NCBI GenBank assembly: GCA_963797555.1
Contig: CAWCPV010000016.1
Span: 32,001 to 96,000 of the forward strand
From: an uncultured Gammaproteobacteria bacterium
GTDB taxonomy: Bacteria > Pseudomonadota > Gammaproteobacteria > CAWCPV01
Direction: 5' to 3'
Length of the DNA stretch: 64,000 bases
Of the stretch, positions 30,576-42,580 are shown piece by piece; positions within the stretch are counted from its first letter, which is position 1; each line of letters opens with the position of its first letter. The translations under genes were made by a program, and so were the position numbers. The notes beneath the pieces are model-generated. The model worked only from the letters and a program-made list of their open reading frames with translations. It made no database searches and had not been told where the DNA came from.

Positions 30576-31706
30576 TCAATGCGGACCGCCCGTCGGGTCA
30601 GCGTCCTTGCCTAGCGGCGGTCCAGCGTATTCCGTCTGGTAGATCTCCAGGAAGGCTGCCAGTGCCGTGACGATCAATGGACCGATCAAGATGCCCAGGA
30701 ACCCGTAGACCGCGAGCCCCCCGAGCAGGCCCAGAAAAAGGAAGAAGGTCGGCAGCCTCGTTCGGCTGCCGATGAGCAAGGGTTTGAGGAAGTTGTCCGG
30801 GAGGCTCACCAACAGCCCTGACCAGATCGCCAGCCCTGTCGCAGCCCCGGTGTGGCCGTGGAAATAGAGCCACGCGACTGCCGGGAGCCAGACCCCGGCC
30901 GCACCGATCATCGGCAGCAAGGCCATCACGAAGGTGACGGCGCCCCACGCGATTGAATAGGGCACGCCGAACAGCGCGAAGCCGATGCCGGCCATGACGC
31001 CTTGCAGCAGCGCCACCAGGAACACGCCATTCACGATGGCGGAAAAGGTGAGTCGCAGCCGCTCCGCGATCGACACCTTCTGAGCCTGGGGAAAGGGCAA
31101 AACGTCCATCAACCCCCGGTAGTAGTCCTGCCCATCCCGGTATAGGAAAAACAGCGAGAACAGCATGATGACGAGGTTCACAGCGAAGACGAGCGCGTCG
31201 CGCAGCAGTCCGCCCAACTGACCTGCGACCGAGGCGGTCATGTTGCGGATACCCTGGGTAATCATGGCACGAAGATCCAGACCGGCGAGCAGCGGGGAAG
31301 CGAGGGCGCGCCCCACGGGCGATGCCTGCAACCGCCCCTGCAGCTCGGTCCACCGCCCAGATTGCACGAACGCCAATGTCGCGTGCCCCAGGTCTATGAG
31401 CTGGGCGACGAGGGCCGTGAGCATCAGTACCGCGGGAATGACGATGAGCACGAAGGCGGCGAGCGTCATCAGCGCCGCCGCAAGACCCGAGCGCCCACCC
31501 AGCAGCCCGCGCAGCCTGCGGTAAAGCGGGTACGTGATGAGGGCAATGATGCCGGCCCACGCCAGGGCACTGACGAACGGGGCGAGGAGCGCCCCGGTCT
31601 GGTACAGGAGGAACAGCAGAACGACAAGAAAAGCCGCGACGACGACCTGTCGGGGCAGTGCCGCGGATACCTCCGCCTGCGGGCTTGGCTCGCTCACTTC
31701 GACCAC
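30576..31706 (-). CDS. AI-2E family transporter
   Basis: FF.YRDG, VALLQG, P..GA..VW.P, DNFLKP.LIG, GGL..YG..G...GP motifs; start approximate. Confidence 0.9.
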   Translation of the reverse strand: MVEVSEPSPQAEVSAALPRQVVVAAFLVVLLFLLYQTGALLAPFVSALAWAGIIALITYPLYRRLRGLLGGRSGLAAALMTLAAFVLIVIPAVLMLTALVAQLIDLGHATLAFVQSGRWTELQGRLQASPVGRALASPLLAGLDLRAMITQGIRNMTASVAGQLGGLLRDALVFAVNLVIMLFSLFFLYRDGQDYYRGLMDVLPFPQAQKVSIAERLRLTFSAIVNGVFLVALLQGVMAGIGFALFGVPYSIAWGAVTFVMALLPMIGAAGVWLPAVAWLYFHGHTGAATGLAIWSGLLVSLPDNFLKPLLIGSRTRLPTFFLFLGLLGGLAVYGFLGILIGPLIVTALAAFLEIYQTEYAGPPLGKDADPTGGPH

Positions 31707-31842
31707 CGTGCTGTTTCCCGTCGTCCGTTGAACACTTCGCAGGGCTATGCCCAGGCACCGGTCGGCCCGGCTCCCCACGACCCCGCCCTGCCGATGCGGC
31801 GAATCCCCTGCGAGGGGCGTGATGCGCTCGAGCCGGCAGGGC

Positions 31843-31858
31843 AGCATACCTCGTGCCA
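31843..31858 (-). promoter_or_regulatory. Possible sigma54 promoter for AI-2E/GNAT/SulP
   Basis: Minus strand TGGCAC-GAGGT-ATGCT (one mismatch, correct GG-N10-GC spacing). Confidence 0.5.
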
Positions 31859-32084
31859 CCCCCGTTAGGACAGAGGTGGTGAAAGCGCGGTCGGGCGAGC
31901 GACCCGTTAGGTTCTGGACCTCAGGTCGAGAAAACGCAGTCAGCTCGCCGCATCCCGCACTGTATCAACCGGGTATCAGCCGGAGCGAGGTTGCGTCGGC
32001 TCGGCGCTCGCGCCCACTGTCGGTGCGTCCAGATGCGTGCTATCGTCTCGCCCTTCTAGCCGGTTCTGCCGAGGATATCCGTCC

Positions 32085-32984
32085 ATGATCCGAAAAGACG
32101 TGATCGAGCGGTTTCGCGTCCCACCGGGCAAGAAGGTCCGCCTCAGGGACCACGATAGCGGCTGGGCGCAGACCAAGGAGCTGCGGGAGTTGGGCAAGGA
32201 CGCGGTCAAGCAGCGGGCCAAGGAGATCTTGGAGCAGAACCTCGTGGACCTTGCAGAAGCGCAGGAGCGGCTCTATGCCGACGACCGCTATGCTTTGCTC
32301 ATCGTGCTGCAGGCCATGGATGCCGCCGGCAAGGACGGCACCATCAAGCACGTGATGTCGGGCGTGAATCCGCAAGGCTGCCAGGTGTTCAGCTTCAAGA
32401 AGCCATCCGCCGAGGAGCTGGACCACAACTTCCTGTGGCGCTACATGCGCTCCCTGCCCGAGCGCGGTCGCATCGGCATCTTCAACCGGTCCTACTACGA
32501 GGACGTCTTGGTGGTGAAGGTGCATCCCGAGCTGCTCGATGGGCAGAAGCTGCCTGCCGGCAAACACGGCAAGACATTCTGGGAGGCCCGTTACGACGAC
32601 ATCAACGCCTTCGAGCACCACCTGGTTCGCAACGGCGTCGTAGTCTTGAAGTTCTTCCTCAACGTCTCCAAGGACGAGCAGAAACGGCGTTTCCTGGAGC
32701 GGCTCGATCGCACCGAGAAGAACTGGAAGTTCTCCGCGGCCGATATGGCGGAGCGCGGATTCTGGGACGACTACATGGCGGCCTACGAGGACGCGCTCGG
32801 CGCCACCAGTACCGAGTGGGCGCCATGGTACGTCGTCCCCGCCGATCGCAAGTGGGTGACCCGCGCCATGGTCGCCGACATCGTCACCTCCACGCTGCAA
32901 GGGCTGGATCTCGAGTACCCGGAAGTGACAGAGACGCAGAGCGAGGCCCTGGCGGCGGCCCGAGAGCGCCTGATGAACGAATAG
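32085..32984 (+). CDS. ppk2: Polyphosphate kinase 2 family (single domain, class III-like)
   Basis: QAMDAAGKDG Walker A, NPQG, FNRSYYE, NWKF, PWYVVPAD.KW. Confidence 0.93.
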   Translation: MIRKDVIERFRVPPGKKVRLRDHDSGWAQTKELRELGKDAVKQRAKEILEQNLVDLAEAQERLYADDRYALLIVLQAMDAAGKDGTIKHVMSGVNPQGCQVFSFKKPSAEELDHNFLWRYMRSLPERGRIGIFNRSYYEDVLVVKVHPELLDGQKLPAGKHGKTFWEARYDDINAFEHHLVRNGVVVLKFFLNVSKDEQKRRFLERLDRTEKNWKFSAADMAERGFWDDYMAAYEDALGATSTEWAPWYVVPADRKWVTRAMVADIVTSTLQGLDLEYPEVTETQSEALAAARERLMNE

Positions 32985-33141
32985 CGCGACACGGGGACAC
33001 CCGATCGTGATGCCGGAGGGCATGCTGGATGCCCGTGGTTGTGCGAGCGTGTTCGTGCGCGGCCTCTCTGGCAGGAGGCTGGAGTTTTCCCCTCATATGA
33101 TGGGCCAGGCCCCGCGCGTTAATTGCAAGTAAAGAGCCGCC

Positions 33142-34569
33142 ATGACGTCCCTGACCCATCGCACCAAGATCGTCGCCACCATCGGCCCCGCCAGCAGTTC
33201 CGAGGACATTCTTCGGCAGATGATGCTGGCCGGGATGAGCGTGGCCCGTCTCAACTTCTCGCACGGCAGCTACGACGAGCACGCCGAGAGGGTACGTCTG
33301 CTGCGCTCCCTCGCGGCGGAGCTGGATCTGCCCCTCGCCGTGCTGCAGGACCTGCAAGGGCCGAAGATCCGTGTCGGGCAACTGCCGGACGGCGGTGTCC
33401 TGTTGCAGGCGGGCGAAAGCCTCGCCTTGGTGCCGCTTGCCGATTTCACCGGCCGAGCCGACACCGTCGGCATCGACTATCCACTCCTCGCCCAAGAAGC
33501 GATGCCGGGGACCCAGGTGCTGCTCGACGATGGGCTGATCGAGCTGCGCGTCGAGCAGGTGAGGGGCGAGGCGGTCTGGTGTCGCGTCGTCGAGGGAGGC
33601 CGGCTGCGGAGCCGAAAAGGGGTCAACCTTCCCAGTCTCAGCCTGCGGCTGCCTTCGCTCACCGAGAAGGACCAACGGGATATCGAGTTCGGCATCTCTC
33701 AAGGCGTGGATTTCGTGTCGCTGAGTTTCGTGCGCCGCGCCGAGGATGTCCGCGCGCTCAAGGGCCTCCTGCGGCAGCGCGGCGCCGATATCGCCGTAGT
33801 GGCGAAGATCGAGAAGCCGCAGGCCATCGCTGAGCTGGAGGCGATAGTGGCGGAGTCCGACGCCGTCATGGTGGCACGCGGTGATCTGGGCGTGGAGATG
33901 AGCCCGGAGAAGGTGCCGCTCATCCAAAAGCGCATCATCCATCTGTGCAACCAGAGGAAGATTCCGGTCATCACCGCCACCCAGATGCTGGAAAGCATGA
34001 TCCACAACCCGCGCCCGACGCGTGCCGAGGCGAGCGATGTGGCCAACGCGATCATCGACGGCACGGACGCGGTGATGTTGTCGGGAGAATCGGCGGTGGG
34101 CGATTATCCCGTGGAGGCGGTGCGGATGCTGGCGCGCGTCGCAGCCGAGGTCGAGCCCGAGATCCGGTTCACGAATCTCCCGCCGGACCAAGGCAGCGAT
34201 GCTCAGGCGATCTGCGAGGCCGTCAACGCCATCGCGCGCACGCTGCCGCTGCAGCTCATCGTGGCCTTCACCCAGACGGGTTATACCGCCAGGCTAGTGG
34301 CCGAAGAGAGGCCCTCCGCCCCGGTGGTAGCGCTCACCGAAAGCCCCAACGTGTATCGCCGGCTCAGCCTGGTCTGGGGGGTGAGGCCGATCTTGCTGGA
34401 GCGGCCCATCCCATCGTCCGAGGCGCTGTTGCGCGAGGTCGATGCCTGCCTGCTGGAGCGCGCGTTGGCGACCGTCGGCGACAAGATCCTGGTGGTCGGC
34501 GGCTTGCCCATGGGCAGACCGGGTGGCACCAACTTCGTGAAGATCCACGGCATCGGGACGAGCGCATAA
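33142..34569 (+). CDS. pyk: Pyruvate kinase
   Basis: TKIVATIGPAS, RLNFSHG, AKIEK, MVARGDLGVE, ATQMLESM. Confidence 0.97.
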   Translation: MTSLTHRTKIVATIGPASSSEDILRQMMLAGMSVARLNFSHGSYDEHAERVRLLRSLAAELDLPLAVLQDLQGPKIRVGQLPDGGVLLQAGESLALVPLADFTGRADTVGIDYPLLAQEAMPGTQVLLDDGLIELRVEQVRGEAVWCRVVEGGRLRSRKGVNLPSLSLRLPSLTEKDQRDIEFGISQGVDFVSLSFVRRAEDVRALKGLLRQRGADIAVVAKIEKPQAIAELEAIVAESDAVMVARGDLGVEMSPEKVPLIQKRIIHLCNQRKIPVITATQMLESMIHNPRPTRAEASDVANAIIDGTDAVMLSGESAVGDYPVEAVRMLARVAAEVEPEIRFTNLPPDQGSDAQAICEAVNAIARTLPLQLIVAFTQTGYTARLVAEERPSAPVVALTESPNVYRRLSLVWGVRPILLERPIPSSEALLREVDACLLERALATVGDKILVVGGLPMGRPGGTNFVKIHGIGTSA

Positions 34570-35005
34570 ACGGACACGAGGAAACCGACTCTGGATCGAG
34601 GCGCAGCCCCACCGGGCGGCACCGCCGCGATTCCGTGCGGCGCGCATCGGCAACGGTGTCAGGAGGTCTCAGCCCTGTGGCTCGCGCTAGCAGGACCCCG
34701 ATAGTTCGGACGCCAACCCGGTATTTCGTGCCGCGAAGCGGCAAATGGACCACCTCGATGCCCGATAGTTGTCTCTCTAAGACGCTCAATTCCAAGAACT
34801 CCACCACCCGGCTGACAGCTCGGCAAGCAGACGGCACGGGGCTTGCGTGTGTGCTCGGCAGCGCTTAGGCTTCGCCTCAAGCATGAGATGCCTCGCAGAC
34901 GCCGTCTCCGCCTTGTCTCCACCGAGACCGGATGACTGGCGAGGCCTGCGGGCTCCTGCTACTGAACGCACGAAGTTTTCGACCACTTGACGAGGAGGAG
35001 TCGGC

Positions 35006-37402
35006 ATGTCCGTAACCGCAAGAAGACTGGAGACTCGGCAGGGTCCGCTGACGGAGGAGGAGCTGAAAAGGATCGACGCCTGGTGGAGGGCCTGCAACTA
35101 CCTGAGCATCGGCATGATCTACCTCAAGGACAACCCGCTGCTGAAGGAGCCCTTGAAACCCGAGCATATCAAGCACCGCTTGCTGGGGCACTGGGGTGCC
35201 AGCCCGGCGCTGTCCTTCGTCTGGGCCCACCTGAACCGGGTGATCAAGGCGCATGATCTCGACATGATCTTCGTCGCCGGTCCGGGGCACGGTGCGCCGG
35301 GCGTCCTGGGGCCGGCCTATCTGGAAGGTACCTACTCGGAGGTTTATCCCGACAAAAGCGAGGACGAGGAGGGGCTGGGCAAGTTCTTCAAGCAGTTCTC
35401 CTTCCCGGGTCATATCGGCAGCCACGTCACCCCGGAGACGCCGGGCTCCATCCACGAGGGCGGCGAGCTCGGCTACAGCCTCTCCCACGCTTACGGCGCG
35501 GCGCTGGACAACCCCGACCTCATCGTCGCCTGCGTGGTGGGAGACGGCGAGGCGGAGACCGGACCGCTCGCGACCGCCTGGCACTCGAACAAGTTCTTGA
35601 ACCCCGTCCGCGACGGAGCCGTGCTGCCAATCCTGAACCTCAACGGCTACAAGATCGCCAACCCCACCCTCCTGGCCCGCATCAGCCACCAAGAGCTGGA
35701 GGCGCTGTTCGTCGGCTACGGCTACCGGCCCTACTTCGTCGAGGGCTCGGACCCGGCCGAGATGCACCAGAAGATGGCGGCCACGCTGGATGCAGTGGTC
35801 GAGGAGATCCGCGCCATTCAGGGCAAGGCGCGCGAATCAGGGACGGCCGAGCGCCCGCGCTGGCCGATGATCGTGCTGCGCACCCCGAAGGGCTGGACCG
35901 GGCCGAAGGATGTCGACGGTCACAAGGTAGAGGGCTTCTGGCGCTCCCACCAGGTGCCCATGGGGGCGGTGCGCGAGAATCCGGCGCATCTCAAGCTGCT
36001 GGAGGAATGGATGCGGAGCTACCGGCATGAGGAGCTGTTCGATGCCGACGGTCGGCTCGTCCCCGAGCTGAAGACGCTCGCCCCGAGCGGCGGGCGGCGC
36101 ATGAGTGCCAACCTGCATGCCAACGGGGGTTTGCTGCGCAAGGAGCTGAGGCTGCCCGACTTCCGCGCCTACGCCGTGAACCTCCCCGAGCGCGGCACCC
36201 TGCGCCACGAGAACACCCGGCCCCTGGGCGAGTTCTTGCGGGACGTAATGAGGAACAACCCGGCGCGCTTCCGGGTGTTCGGCCCCGACGAGACCGCCTC
36301 CAACCGGCTGCAGGCCCTCTACGAGGTCTCCAAGAAGACCTGGATGGCGGACATGCTGCCGGAGGACGCCGACGGCGGCGAGCTCGCGCGCGACGGTCGG
36401 GTGATGGAGATGCTGTCCGAGCACACCTTGATCGGCTGGCTGGAGGGCTACCTGCTCACCGGGCGGCACGGCCTCTTCCATACGTACGAGGCCTTCGCCC
36501 ACGTGGTCGATTCCATGTTCAACCAGCATGCCAAGTGGCTGGACATCTCCAAGAACCACGTCCCGTGGAGAGCGTCGGTCGCCTCCGAAAACATCCTGCT
36601 CTCCTCCACGGTGTGGCGGCAGGATCACAACGGCTTCTCTCATCAGGACCCAGGCTACGTCGATCTCGTCACCAACAAGAGCCCGTCGGTGACGCGCGTA
36701 TACTTCCCGCCGGATGCCAACACTCTGCTGGTGGTGGCGGATCAGTGCCTGCGCTCGACCGACTGCATCAACGTCATCGTCGCCGACAAGCAGAAGCACC
36801 TGCAGTTCACCACCATCGACGACGCCATCATCCACTGCGCCAAGGGCATCGGCATCTGGGCGCGGGCCAGCACCGACCAGGGCGAGGAGCCCGACGTGGT
36901 GCTCGCCTGCTGTGGCGACGTGGTCACCATGGAGGCGCTCGCGGCCGCGGCCATTCTGCGCGAGCGCGTGCCGGATCTAAAGCTGCGCTTCGTCAACGTG
37001 GTGGATCTGTTCAAGCTGCAACCGGCCTCGGAGCACCCGCATGGCTCGACCGAACGCGAGTTCGACAGCCTGTTCACCACGGACAAGCCGATCATCTTCA
37101 ACTTCCACGGCTATCCCTGGCTCATCCACAAGCTCGCCTACCGCTTCACCAACCACGGCAATTTGCACGTGCGCGGCTACAAGGAGAAGGGCAACATCAA
37201 CACGCCCTTGGAGCTTGCGATGCTGAACGAGACCTCGCGCTTCCACCTGGTGATCGACGTCATCGACCGCGTGCCCAGGCTGCGGACGAAGGCGGCCCAC
37301 CTCAAGGAGGAGATGAAGAACGACATCATCGACAACCTGCGCTATGCGCGCGAGGAAGGCACCGACCGGGAGGAACTCACCGGCTGGACCTGGCCTTATT
37401 GA
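35006..37402 (+). CDS. xfp: Phosphoketolase (XFP/XPK)
   Basis: [39 protein letters not shown]. Confidence 0.97.
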   Translation: MSVTARRLETRQGPLTEEELKRIDAWWRACNYLSIGMIYLKDNPLLKEPLKPEHIKHRLLGHWGASPALSFVWAHLNRVIKAHDLDMIFVAGPGHGAPGVLGPAYLEGTYSEVYPDKSEDEEGLGKFFKQFSFPGHIGSHVTPETPGSIHEGGELGYSLSHAYGAALDNPDLIVACVVGDGEAETGPLATAWHSNKFLNPVRDGAVLPILNLNGYKIANPTLLARISHQELEALFVGYGYRPYFVEGSDPAEMHQKMAATLDAVVEEIRAIQGKARESGTAERPRWPMIVLRTPKGWTGPKDVDGHKVEGFWRSHQVPMGAVRENPAHLKLLEEWMRSYRHEELFDADGRLVPELKTLAPSGGRRMSANLHANGGLLRKELRLPDFRAYAVNLPERGTLRHENTRPLGEFLRDVMRNNPARFRVFGPDETASNRLQALYEVSKKTWMADMLPEDADGGELARDGRVMEMLSEHTLIGWLEGYLLTGRHGLFHTYEAFAHVVDSMFNQHAKWLDISKNHVPWRASVASENILLSSTVWRQDHNGFSHQDPGYVDLVTNKSPSVTRVYFPPDANTLLVVADQCLRSTDCINVIVADKQKHLQFTTIDDAIIHCAKGIGIWARASTDQGEEPDVVLACCGDVVTMEALAAAAILRERVPDLKLRFVNVVDLFKLQPASEHPHGSTEREFDSLFTTDKPIIFNFHGYPWLIHKLAYRFTNHGNLHVRGYKEKGNINTPLELAMLNETSRFHLVIDVIDRVPRLRTKAAHLKEEMKNDIIDNLRYAREEGTDREELTGWTWPY

Positions 37403-37431
37403 CCGGCCAAGCCAAGCAGGTCGAGGCGCAA

Positions 37432-38187
37432 ATGAGCGAACCGGACTCCGGCAAGCGAGCCCCTGCGACGGTCAGCCTGGCCGACGAGGAGGGCGTGAAG
37501 CGGATACTGGTCGACACCGTATTCGGCCTGTGGGGTATCGTCAACAACCTGACCAGGCTGCGCCCATCCCGGCGCGAGCGTTACCGGGTCACCATCTTCG
37601 GGTCGGCGCGGGCGCAGCCGGGGGACTTCGTCTATGGCGAGGTGAAGCGTGCGGCCAGAGCGTTCGCAGAGATGGGCTGCGACATCGTCACCGGCGGCGG
37701 GCCGGGCCTGATGCAGGCCGCCAACGAGGGCGCGGACGAGGCCACGGTGACCGGGCGCGGGCAGAGCATCGGTATCCGCGTGGACCTGCCCTTCGAGCAG
37801 GAGGTCAACCCCTTCGTGGAGCAGGCATTCGAGCACCAGAGCTTCTTTACCCGGCTGCACCACTTCGTGCTGGTCTCGGATGCGTTCGTCGTCGTTCCCG
37901 GAGGCATCGGCACCGTCCTCGAATCGATGATGATCTGGCAGCTCTTGCAGGTGAGGCACCTGTACGAGACGCCGCTCATCTTCGTCGGCCCCATGTGGTC
38001 CGAGCTGGTGGACTGGGCGCGGCGCTATATGCTGCGGCCCGGCTTCGAGCTGGCGAAGCCGGAGGACCTGACGATCCCGCGCTGCGTCGATAGCGCAGAC
38101 GAGGCCATCGCCATCGTCCGCGAGCGCCACGCCCAGTGGCGCCTCGGGCACGCCGACGGTCGAGCGCACGCAGCAGCACAGGATTAA
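37432..38187 (+). CDS. LOG family nucleotide phosphoribohydrolase
   Basis: VTIFGSAR, TGGGPGLM.AAN.GA, LPFEQ..N, PGGIGT..E. Confidence 0.9.
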   Translation: MSEPDSGKRAPATVSLADEEGVKRILVDTVFGLWGIVNNLTRLRPSRRERYRVTIFGSARAQPGDFVYGEVKRAARAFAEMGCDIVTGGGPGLMQAANEGADEATVTGRGQSIGIRVDLPFEQEVNPFVEQAFEHQSFFTRLHHFVLVSDAFVVVPGGIGTVLESMMIWQLLQVRHLYETPLIFVGPMWSELVDWARRYMLRPGFELAKPEDLTIPRCVDSADEAIAIVRERHAQWRLGHADGRAHAAAQD

Positions 38188-38246
38188 CAGTCACAACGCC
38201 CCACCCTGCCTGGCAACCACCCCTGCGACTGGACGAGGAACCCTTG

Positions 38247-40739
38247 ATGACCGCGATCATGACGCAGACGCCGACCGATGCGGAGCCTATGCGCGCCGAA
38301 TCCTCCGCCGAGACCCTGAAGCGCGCGATCCTCGATAACGTCCTGTACGTCCAGGGCACGTTCCCGCGCTTCGCCACCCGCAACGACTACTACATGGCGC
38401 TCGCCCACGCGGTGCGGGACCGGCTGCTGCGCCATTGGGTCAACACGATAGCGGCCTATCTCAATCAGGACGTCAAGGTAGCCTGCTACCTGTCGGCGGA
38501 GTTCCTGATGGGTCCCCAGCTCGGCAACAACCTGGTGAACTTGGGCATCACCGCCGAGGTGCGCGAGGCGGTGAGCGCGCTTGGCCTCGACCTGGACGAG
38601 CTGCTCGCGCACGAGGAGGAGCCCGGGCTCGGCAACGGCGGGCTGGGACGGCTCGCCGCGTGCTTTCTGGACTCCCTCGCCACCCTGGAGATGCCCGCCA
38701 TCGGGTACGGCATCCGCTACGAGTTCGGCATCTTCGACCAGGCCATCCGCGACGGCTGGCAGGTGGAGGTCACGGACAAGTGGCTGCAGCTCGGCAATCC
38801 CTGGGAGATCGCCAAGCCCGAGCTGGCGCTCTACGTCGGCTTCGGCGGCCATACCGAAGGCTATCACGACGACCAGGGTCGCTACCGGGTGCGCTGGGTC
38901 CCCGCGCACGTGGTGAAGGGCGTCCCCCACGACACGCCCGTCCTCGGCTACCGGGTCGGCACCTGCAACACCTTGCGGCTGTGGGCGGCCGAGGCGGCCG
39001 AGTCGTTCGATTTCCAGGCCTTCAACGTGGGCGACTACTACCGGGCGGTGGAGGACAAGGTGATGCTCGGAGACCATCACCAAGGTGCTCTATCCCAATG
39101 ACGAGCCGGAGGTCGGCAAGCGCCTGCGGCTCGCCCAGCAGTACTTCTTCGTGTCCTGCTCGCTGCAGGACATGCTCCGCATGCACAAACAGCGCTCGGA
39201 CAGGCCCATCGAGGACTTTCCCGGCCTTGTGGGCGGTCCAGCTCAACGATACCCATCCCTCCATCGCCGTGGCCGAGCTGATGCGGCTGCTGGTGGACGA
39301 GCAGCTACTGGCCTGGGAGCAGGCATGGGACATCACCCAGCGCACCTTCGCCTACACCAACCACACCCTGCTGCCAGAGGCCCTGGAGACCTGGCCGCTC
39401 CCTCTGTTCGCGGAGTTCTTGCCGCGCCACCTGGAGATCATCTACGAGATCAACCGCCGTTTCCTGGACGAGGTGAGGCGCCGCTACCCCGGTGACGATG
39501 CGCGTGTCGCGCGTCTGTCCCTGATCGATGAGGGCGGGGAGAAGCGCGTGCGCATGGCCAACCTGGCCTGCGTGGGCAGCCACGCCATCAACGGTGTGGC
39601 CGCGCTGCATACCGAGTTGCTGAAGAAGAGCGTCCTGAACGACTTCTACGAGCTGTGGCCGGAGAAGCTTCAGCAACAAGACCAACGGCGTGACCCCTCG
39701 GCGCTTCATGGTGCTCTCCAATCCAGGTCTCGCAGCGCTCATCACGCGCACCATCGGCGAAGGCTGGGTGACACATACCGAAGAGCTGCGCCGGCTCGAG
39801 GCGTACGCCGACGACCCGGCTTTCCAGACCGCCTGGCGCGAGGTGAAGCTCGCCAACAAACGCCGGCTCTCCGACTACATCCGCGCGCACACCGGGATCA
39901 CCCTCGACCCGGAGTGGCTCTTCGACATCCAGGTGAAGCGCATCCACGAGTACAAGCGCCAGCACCTCAACGTGCTGCACATCATCACGCTATACCAGCG
40001 CCTCAAGGCCAACCCCGCGCTCACGGTGCCGCCGCGGACCTTCATCTTCGGCGGCAAGGCGGCGCCGGGCTACTTCATGGCCAAGCGCATCATCAAGCTC
40101 ATCAACGCGGTGGCGGAGGTCGTGAACCAGGACCCGGACGTGAACCGCCGCCTTCGGGTCGTCTTCTTCCCGAACTTCAATGTGCAGAATGGCGAGCTGA
40201 TCTACCCGGCCGGCGATCTGTCCGAGCAGATCTCCACTGCCGGCAAGGAGGCGTCGGGCACCGGCAACATGAAGTTCACCATGAACGGCGCGCTCACCAT
40301 CGGTACCCTGGACGGCGCCAACGTGGAGATCCGCGAGGAGGTCGGGGCGGAGAACTTCTTCCTGTTCGGCCTTGAGGTGGAAGAGGTCAACGCGCTGCTG
40401 GCCCAGGGCTACCGGCCGTGGGAGCAGGCGGAGTCCAATCCCGAGCTGGGAGGCGTGCTGCACCTCCTCGGCTCCGGCCACTTCGCCCACGGTGATGCCG
40501 AAGTATTCCGGCCGCTGGCGGATAGCCTGTGGCAATGGGACCCCTATCTCGTGCTCGCCGACTACGCCTCTTACATCGCCTGTCAGGAGCAGGTCAGTGC
40601 CGCATGGCAGGACCCGCGGCGCTGGACGCGCATGTCCATCCTGAACAGCGCGCGCTCGGGCAAGTTCTCCTCGGACCGGGTTATACGCGAGTACTGCGAG
40701 GAGATCTGGGGTGTGAAGCCGGTGCCGGCGGAGAGGTAG
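38247..40739 (+). CDS. glgP: Glycogen/alpha-glucan phosphorylase, with three +1 frameshifts (about 39065, 39220, 39670)
   Basis: [46 protein letters not shown] spread over four frames. Confidence 0.93.
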
Positions 40740-40861
40740 CCACATCCCCGCCCAAAAACGGCACGGGACAACCCGGAGGCGCGGGTAACCCGCGGTCCGC
40801 CGCCTCCTCGCAAGGAGGAAGCGCAGTGAGCGCTCAAGAGCCGAAGCGCCAGGAGGATGCT

Positions 40862-41146
40862 ATGGCTGAATTGACGAAGGACAACGGGGTGCTTGGAGCA
40901 CTGGTAGTAGAGGTTGAGTCGCACCGGCTACCGCGCCTGATCGAGCTCAAGAAGAAGGTCGATGACGGCCACGCGCTCGATGACGCCGATATCCAGTTTC
41001 TCGAGGAATTTCAGCGTACTGCGAGTTTGAGCTCCGTCCAGCACTTGATAGAGCAGCATCCCGAGTACGAGGACTTGTTCTCGCGTGTCGTGGATCTCTA
41101 TTCAGAGATCGTCGCCACGGCGTCGAAGAACGAAAAGGAGGCATAG
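40862..41146 (+). CDS. Hypothetical helical protein, 94 aa (alternative in-frame GTG at 40826)
   Basis: AGGAGG RBS; RLPRL..LK.KVD.G..L.D.DI.FL pattern. Confidence 0.75.
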   Translation: MAELTKDNGVLGALVVEVESHRLPRLIELKKKVDDGHALDDADIQFLEEFQRTASLSSVQHLIEQHPEYEDLFSRVVDLYSEIVATASKNEKEA

Positions 41147-41509
41147 CCTCCCGACCGTGCTCCTAGCAGACGCTACGGGGCACACGCCGCAGGCGCTTCA
41201 GTGCATGACCGGAAACAGTATGCGCACATACAGCGCCGAGACCGGCGTTAGACCGCGGCCGTGCGCGCTGACAACCGAGAAAGAATAGCCGTAGCTTTGA
41301 ATACAACTTGTTTCTCTTCCATACGATTTTGGGCCGGCCTCGATGGAACCATTGCGAACATCCGTGCCAAATCCATCCATATTGCACCACTGAATACACA
41401 TGACTATGCTGCGCGATGCAGTGCATGGCAAGGGCAGGGCGGCCATGCCGATGCGGCCCGCCCTTGCAAGCAGAACGTCACGTTATCGCCCCTGCGGAAG
41501 GGAGTGCCA

Positions 41510-42580
41510 ATGTTCAAGTCTCTCTTAGCAGCCACCTTGATCGCCGCGACCCTCACGGGCTGCGGTAAGACAGTACCACCCACCGCCCAGGCCCGGCCCG
41601 TCCGAACGGTCACCGTGGAGCGCGGCGCGGAAGGGGAGACCGTCTCGCTGACCGGCCAGGTTCGAGCCAAGAACCACGTCAGCCTCGCCTTTCGCCTTGA
41701 CGGACGCATGACCGAGCGGCCCGTCAATGTGGGCGATGTGCTCACGGCGGGCCAGGTCGTCGCCCGGCTCGACCCCCAGATCCAGCAGAACACGCTGCGC
41801 TCGGCGCAAGCCAACCTCTCGTCGGCCGAGGCGCAGCTGACCGAGGCGCGCCTCACCTTCTCGCGGCATGAGAAGCTCTTGAAGTCTGGCGCGACGTCCC
41901 GTGCCAAGTACGACGAAGCCCAGCAGACCTTGCGGAGTGCCCAGGCCCAGGTCGACTCCGCTCAGGCACAGGTGCGCATCGCGGAGGAACAGCTAGGCTA
42001 CACGACCTTGTCTGCCGATGCCCCTGGTCAGGTGACCGCGGTCGGCGCCGAACCGGGCGAGGTGGTTCGCGCCGGGCAGATGATCGTGCAGCTCGCGCGT
42101 CAGGGCGGGCGCGACGCCGTCTTCGACGTGCCCGAGCAGCTCATTCGGACCGGCCCCCGCGACCCCGTAGTGGAGATCGCCCTCACCGACGATCCCAAGG
42201 TGAAGGCGACCGGCCGCGTTAGGGAGGTCGCGCCCCAGGCCAATGCCGCCACAAGGACCTTCGAGTTCAAGGTCGGCCTGATCGATCCGCCGGAGGCCAT
42301 GCACCTGGGCTCCACCGTCACCGGCCGCATCCGGCTGGCCCCGCCCCCCGGGGTGGAGGTTCCGGCGAGCGCGCTGACCGAGGCGGACGGACACCCGGCG
42401 GTGTGGGTGGTCGATCCGCACGACCAGACCGTGTCGCTGCGCAGTGTGACTGTCCTGCGCTACGACGCAACGAGCGTCGTCATCTCGGAGGGACTGGAAC
42501 GAGGCGACGTCGTGGTGACCGCCGGGGTGCACGTGCTGCGCCCGGGCCAGAAGGTCCGGCTCCTCGGCGCCGCCCGATGA
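41510..42580 (+). CDS. RND efflux periplasmic adaptor (MFP) lipoprotein
   Basis: Lipobox LTGC, LAFR..G....R.V.VGD....GQ..ARLD, coiled coil, ATRTF. Confidence 0.92.
   Translation: MFKSLLAATLIAATLTGCGKTVPPTAQARPVRTVTVERGAEGETVSLTGQVRAKNHVSLAFRLDGRMTERPVNVGDVLTAGQVVARLDPQIQQNTLRSAQANLSSAEAQLTEARLTFSRHEKLLKSGATSRAKYDEAQQTLRSAQAQVDSAQAQVRIAEEQLGYTTLSADAPGQVTAVGAEPGEVVRAGQMIVQLARQGGRDAVFDVPEQLIRTGPRDPVVEIALTDDPKVKATGRVREVAPQANAATRTFEFKVGLIDPPEAMHLGSTVTGRIRLAPPPGVEVPASALTEADGHPAVWVVDPHDQTVSLRSVTVLRYDATSVVISEGLERGDVVVTAGVHVLRPGQKVRLLGAAR

Noticed and set aside
37432-38187. LOG protein as a Thoeris/SLOG-type defence partner of the TIR cassette
   Set aside because: It is a classical LOG embedded in the xfp-glgP operon 35 kb away, with no evidence of linkage.
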